The notes beneath the pieces were generated by a model. The model was not told where the DNA came from, searched no databases, and worked only from the letters and a program-made list of their open reading frames with translations. A stretch of 64,000 nt of DNA from a virus. Taxonomy: Duplodnaviria > Caudoviricetes. Positions 7,545-15,360 of this stretch are shown piece by piece; positions within the stretch are counted from its first letter, which is position 1; every line of letters starts with the position of its first letter. Location of the stretch: the IMG/VR virus record IMGVR_UViG_3300044728_000163, positions 1 through 64,000 of that record; one strand, written 5' to 3'. A program made the translations under genes and the position numbers.

Positions 7545-7808
7545 ATGCCCATGAAGATCAGCAAGGCCGACGAAAAGGTCTTCAGCACCCTCGCCGACGC
7601 CGCCGCCACCGCGTGCCGCGATCTGCGCGATTTCATCACCGAAACCATCCTCGACCCCAGGACGGAGGAGATGTCGGAATGGTCCGAGAAGCGCCTGGAA
7701 AGCGACAAAGGCCAGGCGGCGCGGTCGTGGGTGGACGAGTGGGAGCAATTCCGCGACGACCTCCCCGAGTTCGATGAATGGCCCGCGATGGCACCGGAGG
7801 AGCCATGA
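7545..7808 (+). CDS. Hypothetical acidic protein (87 aa)
   Basis: ATG 7545 after AGGGGAACCCG; very Asp/Glu/Trp-rich C-terminus. Confidence 0.75.
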   Translation: MPMKISKADEKVFSTLADAAATACRDLRDFITETILDPRTEEMSEWSEKRLESDKGQAARSWVDEWEQFRDDLPEFDEWPAMAPEEP

Positions 7809-8029
7809 CACCCGACCAGCGCCTCCGCGTCGCCATGGCCACGCTGCACTGGCAACAGTTCGCGCTGGTCGAGGAAACCGGCGTCAGCCAAAGCACGGCG
7901 CGCCGCTGGTACCGTGGCATCACCGAGCCGCCGATCACCCTGGTCGAATGGATCGAGGCCCGCGCCGACAACCTCCAGCACAACCCCGCTCCCGACGTGC
8001 GGCCCCCGATGGGACGCCGCCCGGTCTAA
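7805..8029 (+). CDS. Small XRE-like HTH protein (paralog of 3373-3624)
   Basis: ATGA overlap; QFALVEETGVSQSTARRWYRG HTH; EWIEA..NPAPDVR tail. Confidence 0.75.
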   Translation: MTPDQRLRVAMATLHWQQFALVEETGVSQSTARRWYRGITEPPITLVEWIEARADNLQHNPAPDVRPPMGRRPV

Positions 8030-8170
8030 CCATCGCCGCCCATGATGCCCGCGTCGCTCCCGTGAGGGGGCGGCGCGCAACGCATTTGGGGGCATTGCTG
8101 ACAGGCGGCGAGCAAGATCAGGAGGGAGAAAATCAGGGCGGGAACCAGGGGGCGCATGACAGCACCGTAA

Positions 8171-8244
8171 CCCCCGTTCTTTGCACCTGACCAAGAAAAA
8201 CGACCTCCCTCGACCCCCCTGTCTTTTGCACCTGATCAAAAAAT
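8171..8244. repeat. Second pair of TTTGCACCTGA-containing repeats
   Basis: CCCCCGTTCTTTGCACCTGA..AAAAA and CGACCCCCCTGTCTTTTGCACCTGATCAAAAAAT. Confidence 0.85.
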
Positions 8245-8763
8245 TGGCGTCAACACGATCACGTCGCCGTCGACCACGCAGTCATAGCCGGACAACAGCG
8301 CCCACTTCTCCACCGCCTCGAGCCGCGGGCATGCCGGGTATGGCGTTCCCGGCAGAAAACAATGCGCGTCATCGATCAAGATGACATGGTGATGCGGCGA
8401 CCGCTCGATGATCGCCAGTTCCTCCATGATCGGCCAGTCATCCGCCGATCCGAACATCCCCGGCGCGGCATGCGCGTCCAACCAGAACATGGACGGCCCC
8501 ATCAGGATCGAGGCCACGAACGGCAAACAGAACCGCGTGTCCCCCGAAAGGAACGCCACATTGGAATGGTTGGCGCAATGCTCACGCGCCAAATCCTGAA
8601 AGTCCGAGTTGACCTCGATGGTATAGACCTTCGAAAACCGTTCCGCCGCCCACAAGGTCGAATCCCCCTCGTACGTGCCCGTCTCGACCAGCACCTCGAG
8701 ATCGAACCGCTGCTTCAACCCCATCGCCAGACCCGCCACGGGTGGATCACTCAGCTTCGACAT
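8236..8763 (-). CDS. Class I SAM-dependent methyltransferase (small-molecule/glycan type)
   Basis: LVETGTYEGDS, YTIE, LSGDT, FWLDAH, VILIDDA motifs. Confidence 0.8.
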   Translation of the reverse strand: MSKLSDPPVAGLAMGLKQRFDLEVLVETGTYEGDSTLWAAERFSKVYTIEVNSDFQDLAREHCANHSNVAFLSGDTRFCLPFVASILMGPSMFWLDAHAAPGMFGSADDWPIMEELAIIERSPHHHVILIDDAHCFLPGTPYPACPRLEAVEKWALLSGYDCVVDGDVIVLTPIF

Positions 8764-8801
8764 GCGACACCTCCGACCCGACACCACGAGGAGCGACCCC
8801 A

Positions 8802-9956
8802 ATGGCCACTCTATCGGTCGGACAAAACCAGCAATACGTCACGATCGCCGCCGCCGTCGCCGCCTCCCAAAGCGGCGATGTCATCACCGTCCAGGCGGGC
8901 ACCTACACCAACGACTGGCTGAACATCGACCACGACCTGACCCTCACCGCCCAAGGCGGCTGGGTAAAGCTGGTCACCAACCAGGCCCAACCGCCCGATG
9001 GCAAGGCCTACATCACCGAGTCAGGCAACGTCACCATCAGCGGCTTCGACATCAGCGGCGTCACCGTGCCCGACGCCAACGGGGCCGGCGTACGCTACCA
9101 GGGCGGCAACCTCACCCTCGACAATGTGTTCATCCACGACAACCAGGAGGGTCTTCTCGGTGCCGCCGATCTCAGCGGGTCGATTACCATCACGAATTCT
9201 GAGTTCGCCCGCAACGGCCTCGGCGGCGACGGACATACCCACGCCATCTACGTCGGTCCCGTCAGCAACTTCACCCTTACCAACAGCTATATCCACGACA
9301 CCAACATCGGCCACGAGGTCAAATCCCGCGCCCAGAACAACGTCATCACCGGCAACCGGATCTTCGACAACGATGCATCGGCGTCCTACAGCATTAACCT
9401 ACCCAACGGCGGCACGGCCACCATCACCGGCAACGTCATCCAGCAAGGACCAAACAGCCAGAACCCCGCGATTCTGGCATACGGTGAGGAAGGCATTCCA
9501 ACGGGCTACAGCACCGGAGCCACGGTATCCAACAACACGATCATCAATGATCAGGGTTCAGGTTATTTGCTACTTAACCCTGGCGGCTATCCTGTTAATT
9601 TCGTTGACGGCACGGTATTTGGGCTGACCACGGGTGGCACGGTTCTGGCGGCACGCCCTGTTTTGGACCTGGCTCCGATAGGATTCCTTGGAGCGTCACC
9701 ACCACCGTCGCCACCGCCACCAGCGGCACCGCCGCCGCCGCCACCAGCCACGCCACCATCAGTGCCTGACCCATCGCCCGCTCCCGTCCTCACGCCGCTT
9801 GAACAATATCACGCCGACGTTCTCGCCGATTTCAAAGCCTGGGCACCCACCCACATCAAGTTGTCCACCATGGACCGCACGCTGGCCGTGTTGAACACCG
9901 AACTGAACTCCACCACCGTTCTCGGCATCATCCGCGGCGACAAGTGGAGCCACTAA
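8802..9956 (+). CDS. Right-handed parallel beta-helix (pectin-lyase-like) protein with Pro-rich linker
   Basis: GAGGAG RBS; repeated strands (IHDNQEGLL, HAIYVG, IHDTNIGHEVKSRA, ITGNRI); poly-Pro C-terminal linker. Confidence 0.8.
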   Translation: MATLSVGQNQQYVTIAAAVAASQSGDVITVQAGTYTNDWLNIDHDLTLTAQGGWVKLVTNQAQPPDGKAYITESGNVTISGFDISGVTVPDANGAGVRYQGGNLTLDNVFIHDNQEGLLGAADLSGSITITNSEFARNGLGGDGHTHAIYVGPVSNFTLTNSYIHDTNIGHEVKSRAQNNVITGNRIFDNDASASYSINLPNGGTATITGNVIQQGPNSQNPAILAYGEEGIPTGYSTGATVSNNTIINDQGSGYLLLNPGGYPVNFVDGTVFGLTTGGTVLAARPVLDLAPIGFLGASPPPSPPPPAAPPPPPPATPPSVPDPSPAPVLTPLEQYHADVLADFKAWAPTHIKLSTMDRTLAVLNTELNSTTVLGIIRGDKWSH

Positions 9957-9996
9957 AAAAAGACCCGGCGCTCGCTCTGCTAAGAAGCGCCGGGTC
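9955..9996 (-). terminator. Rho-independent terminator for the - strand PEP-CTERM genes
   Basis: GACCCGGCGCT/AGCGCCGGGTC 11-bp stem followed by 7 U on the - strand. Confidence 0.8.
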
Positions 9997-10154
9997 AGTT
10001 GGGGGTCTTGGCGGTGGAAGTGCTAAAAAACACCGCCTGTCGGCCTGGACGGGGGTGGGGATGCCCAGGCCAACCTCGTTACCACACGGTCCAGACCGCG
10101 AGGCAAAACACCGCCCAGAAGGCCACCACGAGGACGACCAACCAGGCTAAACCA

Positions 10155-10919
10155 TCAGGCACGACGACGCCGACGCGCCGCCACCAGTCCAGCCATCCCC
10201 ATTCCAAGCACCGCCAGCGTGGCGGGTTCCGGGGTATCGACGGCGGTCGGCACGATGACCAGGTAGAAGCTTTCCGCGCCGTCGCTGGCACCACTCCACG
10301 CCGCGTGGAACAGCAGATTGTCTCCCGGCTGGATCACGCAATCGGCCAGGACGAACTGGCCGCTGTCACGGCAACCCAGTGACAGGTCGAACCCGCTGAT
10401 CAGATAGTCCCCTTTCCCGTTACCGTTCTGGATATCCGGCAACGCGAGCGGCAGACCGGCGAGGTCGAAGATCACCCGCTGACCGGCGGGCTTGCTGATG
10501 TCCAGAAGCTGAAACGCGTCCAACGTCTCGCCGCCATGCGCGGTGTTCACGTCGATGACGACACCGAATTTAAACAACGGATCAGTGCCGCCCGCGTTCA
10601 GGAACGCCTCCAGAAAGGCCCCGGTGTAGGGCAACGCATTGGCTTCAAGATCACCCACCAACGGCCCGCCATTGGCGATGTTGGTGGAAAACGTGTTGAA
10701 CGCCGCGTCGGTCCCCCGGTTACTGAAGTCGTTATAGCCGAACCCAGACGGCTGGCTTCCGGCGTTCGTGCCGCAGATGATGCACGGGGCTGACAGAGAC
10801 TGCGGCACCGGGTTGGCCAGTGTCGTGACCGTCAGCGCCGCCTGGACCGGAGCCGGGATCGCCATGTTGGCGAACACAGCGACCCCGACAGACGCGGCAA
10901 GGAGAATAGAACTCTTCAT
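10155..10919 (-). CDS. PEP-CTERM sorting-domain surface protein
   Basis: Signal peptide (..PAPVQA) and C-terminal TPEPATLAVLGMGMAGLVAARRRRR. Confidence 0.9.
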   Translation of the reverse strand: MKSSILLAASVGVAVFANMAIPAPVQAALTVTTLANPVPQSLSAPCIICGTNAGSQPSGFGYNDFSNRGTDAAFNTFSTNIANGGPLVGDLEANALPYTGAFLEAFLNAGGTDPLFKFGVVIDVNTAHGGETLDAFQLLDISKPAGQRVIFDLAGLPLALPDIQNGNGKGDYLISGFDLSLGCRDSGQFVLADCVIQPGDNLLFHAAWSGASDGAESFYLVIVPTAVDTPEPATLAVLGMGMAGLVAARRRRRA

Positions 10920-11599
10920 GCCGCGCACCCCTCAAAGCTAGCGCGCCGTTTCCGGCGCGTCAGCCCCAGACCCACCAGACCGGCACCCAGGATCGCCAGC
11001 GAGGCCGGTTCCGGCACGTTGGCCGACTCAGCCGATACGTCGCCCGTGAAACTGGCCGTGAACGCCCCAATCGTCGCCGCGCCGATGCCCGCGGAGGTGA
11101 GGTGCAGCGCGGGAGAAAGGTTGACGAAGGTCAGATTGAAGCTGGTGGGATCTTGCAGTTCGCTCGCTGGGACCACGTTGGAGGTCAGCGTCAGCACGTC
11201 TGGCGGGCTGCTTGCCGAGATCACGAGGCCCGTGCCGCCGTTCGCCCCAAACGCCGCGTCCGAAAACACGCCAGACAGGAAGTTGCCGCCGCAGCCCGAG
11301 ATTGAGGAAACGCAGAAGCTACCGGCGAAGTGCTGGATAACCGAGCCGCCGAAATTGACCGCCGTGTCGATGGAAGTGGCGGTCATCTGGAAGCTGGCAC
11401 CCGCGACATTGAACGAGCCACCACCCAACGTCACCAAAGTCCCCGGCGCGATGCTGATCGTGGTCGTCACCCCGTTGTCGGTCGCGACGACGGTGTTGGT
11501 CCCGCTTTCCTGCGCCATCGAGGTGATCAACACCGCCGATGCCGGGTTGGCCAGGCCGATGGCGCAGAGCGCCGCGCCCGCGTAAAGTAATTTCTTCAC
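10916..11599 (-). CDS. PEP-CTERM sorting-domain surface protein
   Basis: GTG start after GGAG; signal peptide ..NPASA; C-terminal VPEPASLAILGAGLVGLGLTRRKRR. Confidence 0.9.
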   Translation of the reverse strand: MKKLLYAGAALCAIGLANPASAVLITSMAQESGTNTVVATDNGVTTTISIAPGTLVTLGGGSFNVAGASFQMTATSIDTAVNFGGSVIQHFAGSFCVSSISGCGGNFLSGVFSDAAFGANGGTGLVISASSPPDVLTLTSNVVPASELQDPTSFNLTFVNLSPALHLTSAGIGAATIGAFTASFTGDVSAESANVPEPASLAILGAGLVGLGLTRRKRRASFEGCAA

Positions 11600-11775
11600 A
11601 GTGAAGTCTCCCATGGGTTAACGGCGATCCACCGCCGCGAAACCCATTGTAGGACCGTCACCATCAGCCGTCCCGGCGAAACGTCGCGGCGATGTTTATT
11701 GGACGCTGTAATAAACTCAATAAGTTGCGGACCAATACAGGGGAAATTCCCTTAAACCGTCGCCATTCTTTACAG

Positions 11776-11946
11776 TCACCAAAACCGCCCTTCCATCGTA
11801 TCGACCGGCGTGCGGGTCGGAGCCAGCAACGCTTTCACCGCCTCGCGCAGTTCCAGATTATGCCGGGTGATGTTGGCTACCTCGCGCTCCAGGTTGGCGA
11901 CCCGCGCCCGTAGCCAAAGTATGTCCTCGTTCTCGCTCACCTTCAT
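11776..11946 (-). CDS. Small coiled-coil hypothetical protein (56 aa), absent from ORF track
   Basis: AAGGG RBS; MKVSENEDILWLRARVANLEREVANITRHNLELREAV heptads. Confidence 0.6.
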   Translation of the reverse strand: MKVSENEDILWLRARVANLEREVANITRHNLELREAVKALLAPTRTPVDTMEGRFW

Positions 11947-11948
11947 GT

Positions 11949-13565
11949 TTATTTCCCTTTCGATACCAGTTGGATGCGCTCACCAATCCACCTGACGACC
12001 GGCGCGGCGAATGAATTCCCCAATGCTTTGTATTTCGCCCCATCAGATGCCGGTTTGCCACGAAACTGAATATCCAGATAGTCGTCGGGAAACCCCTGTA
12101 AACGGCAACACTCGGTTGGCGTCAGCCGCCGCACGGCGGCTCCGGCCTCTACCATCGGCGTGCCACGCCCGGTGCCGTCTTCGCTACCATCGAAGCCCTC
12201 GCCGGTCAGCGCGTGGGTCACGACCGTCCCCTCCATGGCACCGGTCCCCGCCGACGCGTCACGCAGCGGGCTGGCCGTGTCGGCCCAGTTCCACCAGCCC
12301 TGGCCGGTGTTGTTGTACGTCACCACCACGTCGCCGCCCTGCGCGCCGCTGACCGGTCCCGATCCCATCAGCGGTTGCGATACCTCCACGGCGCGGGCCT
12401 TGTAATCGGTGTTCTGGCGCTGCGGCATGATCGAATAGAGTTGCTGGGCGACGAAGGTATCCTGGCTGTCGCGACCAGACCCGAACACGCCGCCCTCGTC
12501 CTGCTTGCCAGCCGAGACAGCGTAGGCCGGGTCGGGAAACCCTTGGGTGATGAACGTCTCGGTTTCGAAGTCCATCCTGCCACCGGGATGGGCGTTGCAC
12601 GCGGTGGCCACGTCGAGGGGGCCGGACTGCCGATTGCCGCCAAACGCCACACCGCCACTCAGATTCCGAGCGCGGAAATTGGTGCCTTCGTGGCTCCAGG
12701 TTTTCCACTCGGTGGTGCTGACCGGGTCCGCGACGGTCTGGATGTAGGTTTCCTGGTCGAGGTCGCCGCGCCAACCACCTTTGCCGGGAGTTCCTCCAAT
12801 GGGTCGGGAAACAGCGACAACGGGGTCTTGGCCTCTGGTTTCACCACCGCGGGAGTAACCCCGGCCACTCGCTCCAAGGCTCTGTGCAACGGGGTGGGTA
12901 ATGCCTTGCCCCGCTTCGCCGCGCGCCGGAGGATTCCCAAGCATGCTCGCGCGCTCAAGTAATACCGGCTCCCGATCGGCCCAGTTTCCAAAATCGCAGA
13001 CAAAGAAGATACGCTTGCGCCGTTGCGCCAGTCCCCGCCATTGCGCGTCCAGCACGCTCCACTCGACCATCCCAGTTGGTCCGACAGCACAACCGGTGCT
13101 TCGCCAGCCATCTCGCGGAACGTCAAATCTGGTCCCAACCAGACCGCCAACCACGCCAGCAAAGTCGCGTCCCGCGTGGGAACTGAACAGGCCTGGGACG
13201 TTTTCGATGACGACCCAGCGGCATCCGCAATGCTGCCTGGCCCGCTGAACAAATCGCATTGCATCCCAGAAAAGACCGGACCTGGTGGCGCTTCCATCGG
13301 CATGCTTAAACCCCCTCCTTTTCCCCGCTATACTCACGTCCTGGCAGGGAAAACCACCCACGACGACATCGACGCGACCCAGCGCCCGAATAACATCTTC
13401 GTCAATATATCTAACATCGCCCAAATTGGGCGCGGTGCGGTGCCGTACCTTCAAGACCTCACAAGGGAATGGCTCCACCTCTGCCGTGGCGACGCACGTC
13501 CAACCCAGCGGCTCCCACGCCAGCGACGCCGCCTCGATGCCGCTGAACAAGCTGACGAACCGCAT
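11949..13565 (-). CDS. dcm: DNA (cytosine-5) methyltransferase with long variable region
   Basis: FSGIEA (I), GGFPCQD (IV), ENVPG (VI), QRRKRIF (VIII), RRLTP.EC.RLQGFPD (IX), YKALGNS (X). Confidence 0.95.
   Translation of the reverse strand: MRFVSLFSGIEAASLAWEPLGWTCVATAEVEPFPCEVLKVRHRTAPNLGDVRYIDEDVIRALGRVDVVVGGFPCQDVSIAGKRRGFKHADGSATRSGLFWDAMRFVQRARQHCGCRWVVIENVPGLFSSHAGRDFAGVVGGLVGTRFDVPRDGWRSTGCAVGPTGMVEWSVLDAQWRGLAQRRKRIFFVCDFGNWADREPVLLERASMLGNPPARGEAGQGITHPVAQSLGASGRGYSRGGETRGQDPVVAVSRPIGGTPGKGGWRGDLDQETYIQTVADPVSTTEWKTWSHEGTNFRARNLSGGVAFGGNRQSGPLDVATACNAHPGGRMDFETETFITQGFPDPAYAVSAGKQDEGGVFGSGRDSQDTFVAQQLYSIMPQRQNTDYKARAVEVSQPLMGSGPVSGAQGGDVVVTYNNTGQGWWNWADTASPLRDASAGTGAMEGTVVTHALTGEGFDGSEDGTGRGTPMVEAGAAVRRLTPTECCRLQGFPDDYLDIQFRGKPASDGAKYKALGNSFAAPVVRWIGERIQLVSKGK
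12659..13264 (-). CDS. Nested alternative-frame ORF inside dcm, M.EcoHK31I beta-subunit-like
   Basis: Open same-strand shifted frame; SSLSAILETG..YYLSARACLGILRRAAKRGK motif; start uncertain (13264 or 13303). Confidence 0.55.
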   Translation of the reverse strand: MQCDLFSGPGSIADAAGSSSKTSQACSVPTRDATLLAWLAVWLGPDLTFREMAGEAPVVLSDQLGWSSGACWTRNGGDWRNGASVSSLSAILETGPIGSRYYLSARACLGILRRAAKRGKALPTPLHRALERVAGVTPAVVKPEAKTPLSLFPDPLEELPAKVVGAATSTRKPTSRPSRTRSAPPSGKPGATKAPISALGI

Positions 13566-13978
13566 CAGGCGTGCCCCACGTCTTCATGGATCTGGATCGG
13601 TCGTATCTCGCCTTCGAACATCGAGATGATCTTATCGCGCATCCGGATCACCATGAGGTCACGATCCTCCACCGCGCAGTCATCGCAGACCAGGAACATG
13701 ACCGCGCCGGTCGCCGCCCGCGGCGCGTGCAGCGCGCCGAGCGTCGCGCAATGCGACAGCCGCACCGAGCGGGCACAGAACAGGCATCCGACCGCGCCCC
13801 GCGTCATGTCGCGCTCGACCGCCTGGATGAACAACTCCAGCGAGAACCGCGCGTGCGCGTCGCCATCGCGCGTCCGCGTCACCAGCCGCGGCACATCCTC
13901 CAGCCAGATAAACGAACTCACCATCAGCCCCTCGCCTTCGCTGACGATGCGGTTGATCTGTTCCTGTATCGCGTTCAC
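13565..13978 (-). CDS. Hypothetical Zn-binding protein
   Basis: GTGA coupling at 13975-13978; CLFC and CDDC. Confidence 0.65.
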   Translation of the reverse strand: MNAIQEQINRIVSEGEGLMVSSFIWLEDVPRLVTRTRDGDAHARFSLELFIQAVERDMTRGAVGCLFCARSVRLSHCATLGALHAPRAATGAVMFLVCDDCAVEDRDLMVIRMRDKIISMFEGEIRPIQIHEDVGHA

Positions 13979-14268
13979 CGCCCGAGCCACGCCGAACGAA
14001 GCTGATCGAAGGCGCTCAAATGAACCCAAAGATTGAACAACGGCCCCGGCTTGCCACCATACGCGCGCAACGCATCGACCATGGCCGTCCTCCTGTTTTC
14101 CTCTGGCCCAAGATCACCCGACTGAATGACGAACGGCGGCATCACCGTCCCAGCCCTTTCGTGATGCGCCAGCAAATCATGTAACAGTCCATGCGAACTG
14201 GCCATGACCATGTCCATCGCCCGCGTCAGCGCCGGAAGCCGGACGCTCATATCGCGATCATCGCTCAT
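13975..14268 (-). CDS. Hypothetical protein
   Basis: In operon with short overlaps. Confidence 0.65.
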   Translation of the reverse strand: MSDDRDMSVRLPALTRAMDMVMASSHGLLHDLLAHHERAGTVMPPFVIQSGDLGPEENRRTAMVDALRAYGGKPGPLFNLWVHLSAFDQLRSAWLGR

Positions 14269-14470
14269 CTTTCCCCGCTTCCATCCTGCCCAGCAAATCG
14301 AATACTTCCAGCCTCATTTTCGCACCGCAACGAGGGATCAAAAACCACCGGCCCGAGCGCAGCCCCGCCAGATCGTTGATCCCATCGTTGACCAGGAGCC
14401 GCGCCGCGCGCGTGGACAAGCCGAGACTTCTCCAGTGATACACCAGCCTCTCGCGCTCCTCGCCGGTCAT
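14258..14470 (-). CDS. RNA polymerase alpha-CTD-like (HhH) protein
   Basis: LGLSTRAARLLVNDGINDL..L...FLIPRCGAKMRLEV matches the alpha-CTD pattern LS.R..N.L...I..L..L....L....N.G.KS..EI. Confidence 0.6.
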   Translation of the reverse strand: MTGEERERLVYHWRSLGLSTRAARLLVNDGINDLAGLRSGRWFLIPRCGAKMRLEVFDLLGRMEAGKDER

Positions 14471-14802
14471 GTTTCCGGTTCCTCTTTCACCGCCCTCCAC
14501 AACACGCGATTCGAACCGTCCTGAAAGCGTCGCAGCTTTGTATCGACGATCAAACCCATCTCGGTCAGTTCCGATCGCCGGGTGCGATGAGTGCTTTTGT
14601 GATCATTGAAATACGACTGAAGGTCCAGGTCGGTGATCGCTTGTGGCCAGATCGAACGGAAATAATCCAGCACTTCAATCTGGATATCCGTCATCCGATG
14701 TTGGATGCGCTCCGCGGCGATATGCGATGTGTCGGGATCGCCAGGCCGCGCGCGGGTATGCGGTTCGAACAGACTTATCTGGTTTGAGTTTTTCCGTGCC
14801 AT
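14467..14802 (-). CDS. Winged-HTH protein with N-terminal QISLF beta-clamp motif
   Basis: AR..DP.TSH.AA motif, then EVLDYF..ITDLDL..RTRRSEL.EMGLI wHTH. Confidence 0.7.
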   Translation of the reverse strand: MARKNSNQISLFEPHTRARPGDPDTSHIAAERIQHRMTDIQIEVLDYFRSIWPQAITDLDLQSYFNDHKSTHRTRRSELTEMGLIVDTKLRRFQDGSNRVLWRAVKEEPET

Positions 14803-14821
14803 GACGGTTACCAGTCGCCGG

Positions 14822-15337
14822 TCATGGCGTCGTTTCCTGTTCCTTCCCGATCCCCAGACGGCTCGCCATCATGGTCAGCGTCGTGGCGACCGGCGTCGGC
14901 TTATCTGGCGAAACGATCTGCGCCACATGCCGGTCGCGCGCCAGGTAGCCGATCAACTGCAGCGCGCTCGCCTCCGCGTAGGCCCGCGCCTGGCCGTTCG
15001 CGGTCATGTCGTTGGCCACCTCCACCGCCCGTACAATCGACCCCGCCGCGCGCCGGGTGCTACGGCGGATGCGGCGGCGCAGATTGACCCCCACCAGCGC
15101 GGCCCGCTCCGCTTCCAACCTCTGATAGCCAACCGTCCGCACGTTCACGAACAGGCTTCCGCCTTCCTTGTTCGCCAGGTCGATCGCTCGCAACACCAGA
15201 TACCGACGCGCCTGGACATCGGCCCCGATCGCGGCGGAAAGCTGCGAATACGTCACGATCTCGCCAACGCTGGTCGCCATCAGCCGGTCGCGTAGATGCT
15301 GGATATCCGCGGCCAGAATACTCTGTGGTTTGAACAT
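14822..15337 (-). CDS. Winged-HTH-like accessory protein downstream of the array
   Basis: AGGAG RBS right after the last array unit; VGEIVTYSQLSAAIG..RAI..VRTVGYQRL. Confidence 0.7.
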   Translation of the reverse strand: MFKPQSILAADIQHLRDRLMATSVGEIVTYSQLSAAIGADVQARRYLVLRAIDLANKEGGSLFVNVRTVGYQRLEAERAALVGVNLRRRIRRSTRRAAGSIVRAVEVANDMTANGQARAYAEASALQLIGYLARDRHVAQIVSPDKPTPVATTLTMMASRLGIGKEQETTP

Positions 15338-15360
15338 GGATTATCTCCTGGGTTGAAGAC

